A DNA stretch of 63,845 nt, counting the filler. It is 6 parts of 6 records of this genome, joined end to end, with 100 filler letters (N's around TTAATTAATTAA, not from the genome) between each part and the next. Parts side by side here need not be neighbours in the genome. Positions count along the whole stretch, not along the records: positions 57,834 to 63,845 come from SRR31156797_17528; 5 more parts are not named here. One strand, given 5' to 3'. The notes beneath the pieces were generated by a model that was given only the letters and a program-made list of their open reading frames with translations, ran no database searches and was not told the DNA's origin. Positions 60,793 through 63,845 of this stretch are shown in pieces. The first letter of the stretch is position 1. Each line of letters begins with the position of its first letter. The position numbers and the translations under genes were made by a program.

Positions 60793-61641
60793 ATGGAGAT
60801 TCAGAAGTTTAAAGAAGTAGTTAAGCAATATAAAGTTGTTTTTTTTGATGCATATGGTGTATTAAAAAAGCACGATGGAATGATTGAAGGAGTGAAGGAA
60901 ATGCTGGACTTCTTAAAAGAAGAAGGAATCGAGTTTTATATCATTACCAATGATGCTTCTCGTTCACCGGAGTTGCTTGCTAAAGCATACCATGATGCCG
61001 GAGTTGAAATTATTGAAGCTCAAAATATGGTTTCTTCGGCAATGATGAGTATGCAATTTCTAAAGAAAACAATTCATCCGGGAGCATCTGTGGCTTACCT
61101 GGGAAGAACAACCTCAGAGTTTTTTATTAAAAATGCCGATTTGGTTCCGTTAAGGATTGAAAATGTGACGCAAAGAGATTATCCTAATCTGGAAGCAATT
61201 ATATTATTTGATGATGGCGGATATGAGTTTCATCCCGGAATAAATAAAACCTTAAATGTTATCAGAGGAACTGATGTGCCTGTCGTTGTAGCTAATCCTG
61301 ATTTAATTTATCCGGTTAATGATGGTGAAGTGGCTGTAGCAATTGGAAGCGTAGCAAATATGTTTGAAGCTGTTGCTAATCGCAAATTTTTCCGTTTTGG
61401 AAAACCGGATGTACGCGTATTTCAATATGCATTTGAAAAAGTAAATGAAAAACATAAAGTTTCTAAACGAGAAATTCTGATGGTAGGTGATACCTTGGAT
61501 ACAGATATTATTGGAGGAAATAATTTTGGAATTGATACGGCTCTGGTATTGTCAGGAAGCACCATTCCGCTTCAGGCAGATAAACTCATTGCAGAAAAAA
61601 ATATTAAGCCCACTTATATTTGCCTTTCCGTAGTAGATTAA
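60793..61641 (+). CDS. HAD-IIA (NagD-like) hydrolase
   Basis: FFDAYGVL, ITND, ANPD, GKP and MVGDTLDTDI-G. Preceded by a TATCTTTG -7 element at 60761-60768. Confidence 0.88.
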   Translation: MEIQKFKEVVKQYKVVFFDAYGVLKKHDGMIEGVKEMLDFLKEEGIEFYIITNDASRSPELLAKAYHDAGVEIIEAQNMVSSAMMSMQFLKKTIHPGASVAYLGRTTSEFFIKNADLVPLRIENVTQRDYPNLEAIILFDDGGYEFHPGINKTLNVIRGTDVPVVVANPDLIYPVNDGEVAVAIGSVANMFEAVANRKFFRFGKPDVRVFQYAFEKVNEKHKVSKREILMVGDTLDTDIIGGNNFGIDTALVLSGSTIPLQADKLIAEKNIKPTYICLSVVD

Positions 61642-62020
61642 TGTTTTTTGAACCATTTAACCAAAGAGTGGCGGCCTCTTCAGTGCTAAATACTTTAAAT
61701 GAATAGTTAGGAATACCTTCATACTTATCTTCAAAAATAGTTGCAATAACAGTCGATTGAGGTAAATCCACCAATATGGCTTCGCGAAGGTATACTAGCT
61801 TATTTGTTAAATCTAAAAGTAAAGGTTTTAACTGATCCAGATCGTTTGGTTGTACATTAATTCTGCACTTTCTGCAATCTATCAATACCCTCAATATTTT
61901 ATGCTTTTTGCAAATACTGGAAATATATCGATAATGTTTCTCAATATCAGATATATCAATATCACCCAAAATTTTTGTTTCCAAAAAATTGGCTTTTTTG
62001 TAATAATTGAAATGTAACAT
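61604..62020 (-). CDS. Hypothetical protein, STAS/SpoIIAA-like
   Basis: 138 aa with VLIDCR, REAILVD and VFSTEEAATLWL. Its 3' end overlaps the convergent HAD gene by 38 nt. Confidence 0.6.
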   Translation of the reverse strand: MLHFNYYKKANFLETKILGDIDISDIEKHYRYISSICKKHKILRVLIDCRKCRINVQPNDLDQLKPLLLDLTNKLVYLREAILVDLPQSTVIATIFEDKYEGIPNYSFKVFSTEEAATLWLNGSKNINLLRKGKYKWA

Positions 62021-62119
62021 AGTTGTGTTGCTTTAAGCTTAATTTAAATAAAGTATTGGTTATATTCGCTCCATTTATGACAGATGGCTCTATTTTGATT
62101 ATTAATGTATTATTGAGTT

Positions 62120-62776
62120 ATGGAAAAAATCATCAGGCACTTAAAAACCTTTGTTGATAAGGATGCTATAAAAATCACCAATAAGGATGTTATCCAACAA
62201 CTAGCATCTTTAGATCATGGCGGAAGAAAAGATCTGCGTGAAAAATTATTGAACGAAGCTTTAAGCTTTCAGCAAAGTCAGAATTCTATCCAATGGTTAA
62301 AGGGGTGCTTTGATGAAGTAGATAAACATGCTTTCAGGTTGCATAAAGTTTATTTTAGTCCGGGAACTGAAATAGGAGAAACATTAACGAAATTGTTGAG
62401 GGACGCCAAAGAGAGTGTTCGCTTGTGTGTTTTTTCAATTACCGATAATCGTTTGGCAAAGGAAATCGTAAATTGTTATAGACGAGGTTTGTCTGTTGAA
62501 ATCATTACCGATGATCAAAAAATATTTGACCGGGGTTCTGAAATTCAGGATTTACGAGGTTTGGGAATTGATATTAAAATTGATCATTCTCAGTATCATA
62601 TGCATAATAAATTCGGGATTATAGATAATCGTATTGTTTTTACCGGAAGTTTTAATTGGACTTATACGGCTTCTAAGCATAATCAGGAGAACCTTCTGGT
62701 TACCACCATTGGTTCCATCGTACAGCAATTTGCAGATGAGTTTGCCAAGTTGTGGAATGAAATGTATGTGTTGTAA
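62120..62776 (+). CDS. Single-HKD phospholipase D-family protein (Nuc/MitoPLD-Zucchini-like)
   Basis: YFSPG, CVFSITD, HMHNKFGIID and TGSFNWT-NQENLL. Confidence 0.85.
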   Translation: MEKIIRHLKTFVDKDAIKITNKDVIQQLASLDHGGRKDLREKLLNEALSFQQSQNSIQWLKGCFDEVDKHAFRLHKVYFSPGTEIGETLTKLLRDAKESVRLCVFSITDNRLAKEIVNCYRRGLSVEIITDDQKIFDRGSEIQDLRGLGIDIKIDHSQYHMHNKFGIIDNRIVFTGSFNWTYTASKHNQENLLVTTIGSIVQQFADEFAKLWNEMYVL

Positions 62777-62882
62777 TTAACAAGAAAGTTGTAGCATTGG
62801 TGTGTTTTTAAATTTAAGTGCTTGAAGATAGAAATTTTGTCTCTGATCTAATTTCATATCTTTGCATCATAAATAGAAATAT

Positions 62883-63719
62883 ATGGCAGAAATAGGCAAA
62901 TACAATGTTTTAAAAGTGGTTAAGGATCTTGACTTTGGTCTTTACCTGGATGGAGGCGAAGAGTTAGGTGAGATATTATTACCTCGTAGGTATGTTCCGG
63001 TTAATTGTACCATAGATGATGAATTAGAGGTGTTTATATATCTTGATTCGGAAGATAGGGTGATTGCAACAACCGAAATGCCAGATGCTATTGTTGGAGA
63101 ATTTGCTTTTCTGGAAGCCATTGAAGTTGGTAAAGTAGGTGCTTTTTTGGATTGGGGTTTGCCTAAAGATTTACTGGTTCCGTTTAGGGAACAAAAAGTA
63201 AATATGGAAAAAGGTAAAAGTTATGTGGTTTATGTTTATCTGGATGATGAAAGTAAACGTATTGCAGCAACTTCTAAAATAGAAAAATATCTGGATAACC
63301 TACCTCCGGAATATGAAGAAGGACAAGAGGTAGATGTTTTAATTTATCAAGTTTCGGATTTAGGTTATAAATGCATTGTGAATAATGTGCATACCGGTAT
63401 GCTTTATGCCAACGAAGTTTTTCGGAAGATAAAAAAAGGACAAAAGGTAAAAGCCTATATCAAAAAGGTTAGAGAAGATGATAAAATCGATCTTATCCTT
63501 GAAAAGCCTGGTTATGCTAAAGTAGACGGTATTTCGAAATATCTGTTGGATTTATTGAAAAAATATAACGGTTACCTTGATATTACAGATAAAAGTCCTG
63601 CAGATGAAATTTCTAAAAGATTAGGAATAAGTAAAAAGAATTTTAAAAAAGCAGTTGGTGCATTGTACAAACAAAGGATTATTGATATAGAATCTGATGG
63701 TATCAGAATTATAGAATAG
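62883..63719 (+). CDS. cvfB: S1-domain RNA-binding protein CvfB/YitL family
   Basis: FGLYLDGG, GAFLDWGLPKDLLVP and a C-terminal winged helix SKKNFKKAVGALYK. Confidence 0.88.
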   Translation: MAEIGKYNVLKVVKDLDFGLYLDGGEELGEILLPRRYVPVNCTIDDELEVFIYLDSEDRVIATTEMPDAIVGEFAFLEAIEVGKVGAFLDWGLPKDLLVPFREQKVNMEKGKSYVVYVYLDDESKRIAATSKIEKYLDNLPPEYEEGQEVDVLIYQVSDLGYKCIVNNVHTGMLYANEVFRKIKKGQKVKAYIKKVREDDKIDLILEKPGYAKVDGISKYLLDLLKKYNGYLDITDKSPADEISKRLGISKKNFKKAVGALYKQRIIDIESDGIRIIE

Positions 63720-63743
63720 AAACTATCTGTTGAAAAAGAATTT

Positions 63744-63788
63744 AAATCGAATAAGCTTATGTATGTAGCTTATTCGATTTTTTTTTTG
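63744..63788 (+). terminator. Rho-independent terminator
   Basis: AAATCGAATAAGCT-9nt-AGCTTATTCGATTT followed by a T-run. Confidence 0.8.
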
Positions 63789-63845
63789 ATATAAATGAAG
63801 CTGCATGCAACTCTTGGATCAGCAGATAAAATTGGGTCTGGGTCA

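Overview
The window is not one locus. It is a concatenation of six unrelated contigs joined by artificial 100-nt spacers (N44-TTAATTAATTAA-N44) at 24429-24528, 35358-35457, 41730-41829, 51463-51562 and 57734-57833, so gene-neighbourhood arguments hold only within a contig. Taxonomic labels are inferred from gene content and promoter motifs. Contig 1 (1-24428, Desulfobacterota-like) carries lhgO plus a LarA-family racemase, a polar amino-acid ABC system, a hybrid kinase, a TRAP transporter, a Tpa-like aminotransferase with MmsA and a divergent Lrp regulator, lutABC and a LolA-like/ABC module. Contig 2 (24529-35357, Bacteroidales-like) carries acs plus an OFA-type MFS, a T9SS lysyl endopeptidase divergent from two tandem MFSD1-like transporters, xerD and rarA. 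Contig 3 (35458-41729, probably Planctomycetota) carries a large Cys/Asp-repeat surface protein and a chemoreceptor with an apparently nested double dCache sensor. Contig 4 (41830-51462, Bacteroidales-like) carries an HhH/beta-barrel protein with a PorV-like barrel, purE, hpt-adk-obgE-PAP2, and an ABCG-like exporter with two unknown envelope proteins. Contig 5 (51563-57733, Campylobacterota-like) carries ccsBA, an HI0933 flavoprotein, cysQ, cmoB and ugd. Contig 6 (57834-63845, Bacteroidales-like) carries an ABC-F ATPase, a META lipoprotein, a HAD-IIA hydrolase, a PLD nuclease and cvfB. No rRNA, tRNA, CRISPR array or intact mobile element was seen. The best leads, all untested hypotheses, are the Lys-C plus tandem MFSD1-like peptide-scavenging module, the nested dCache receptor, the LhgO-LarA pair (candidate 2-hydroxyglutarate racemase route), the HhH-barrel pair and the ABCG-like three-gene module.
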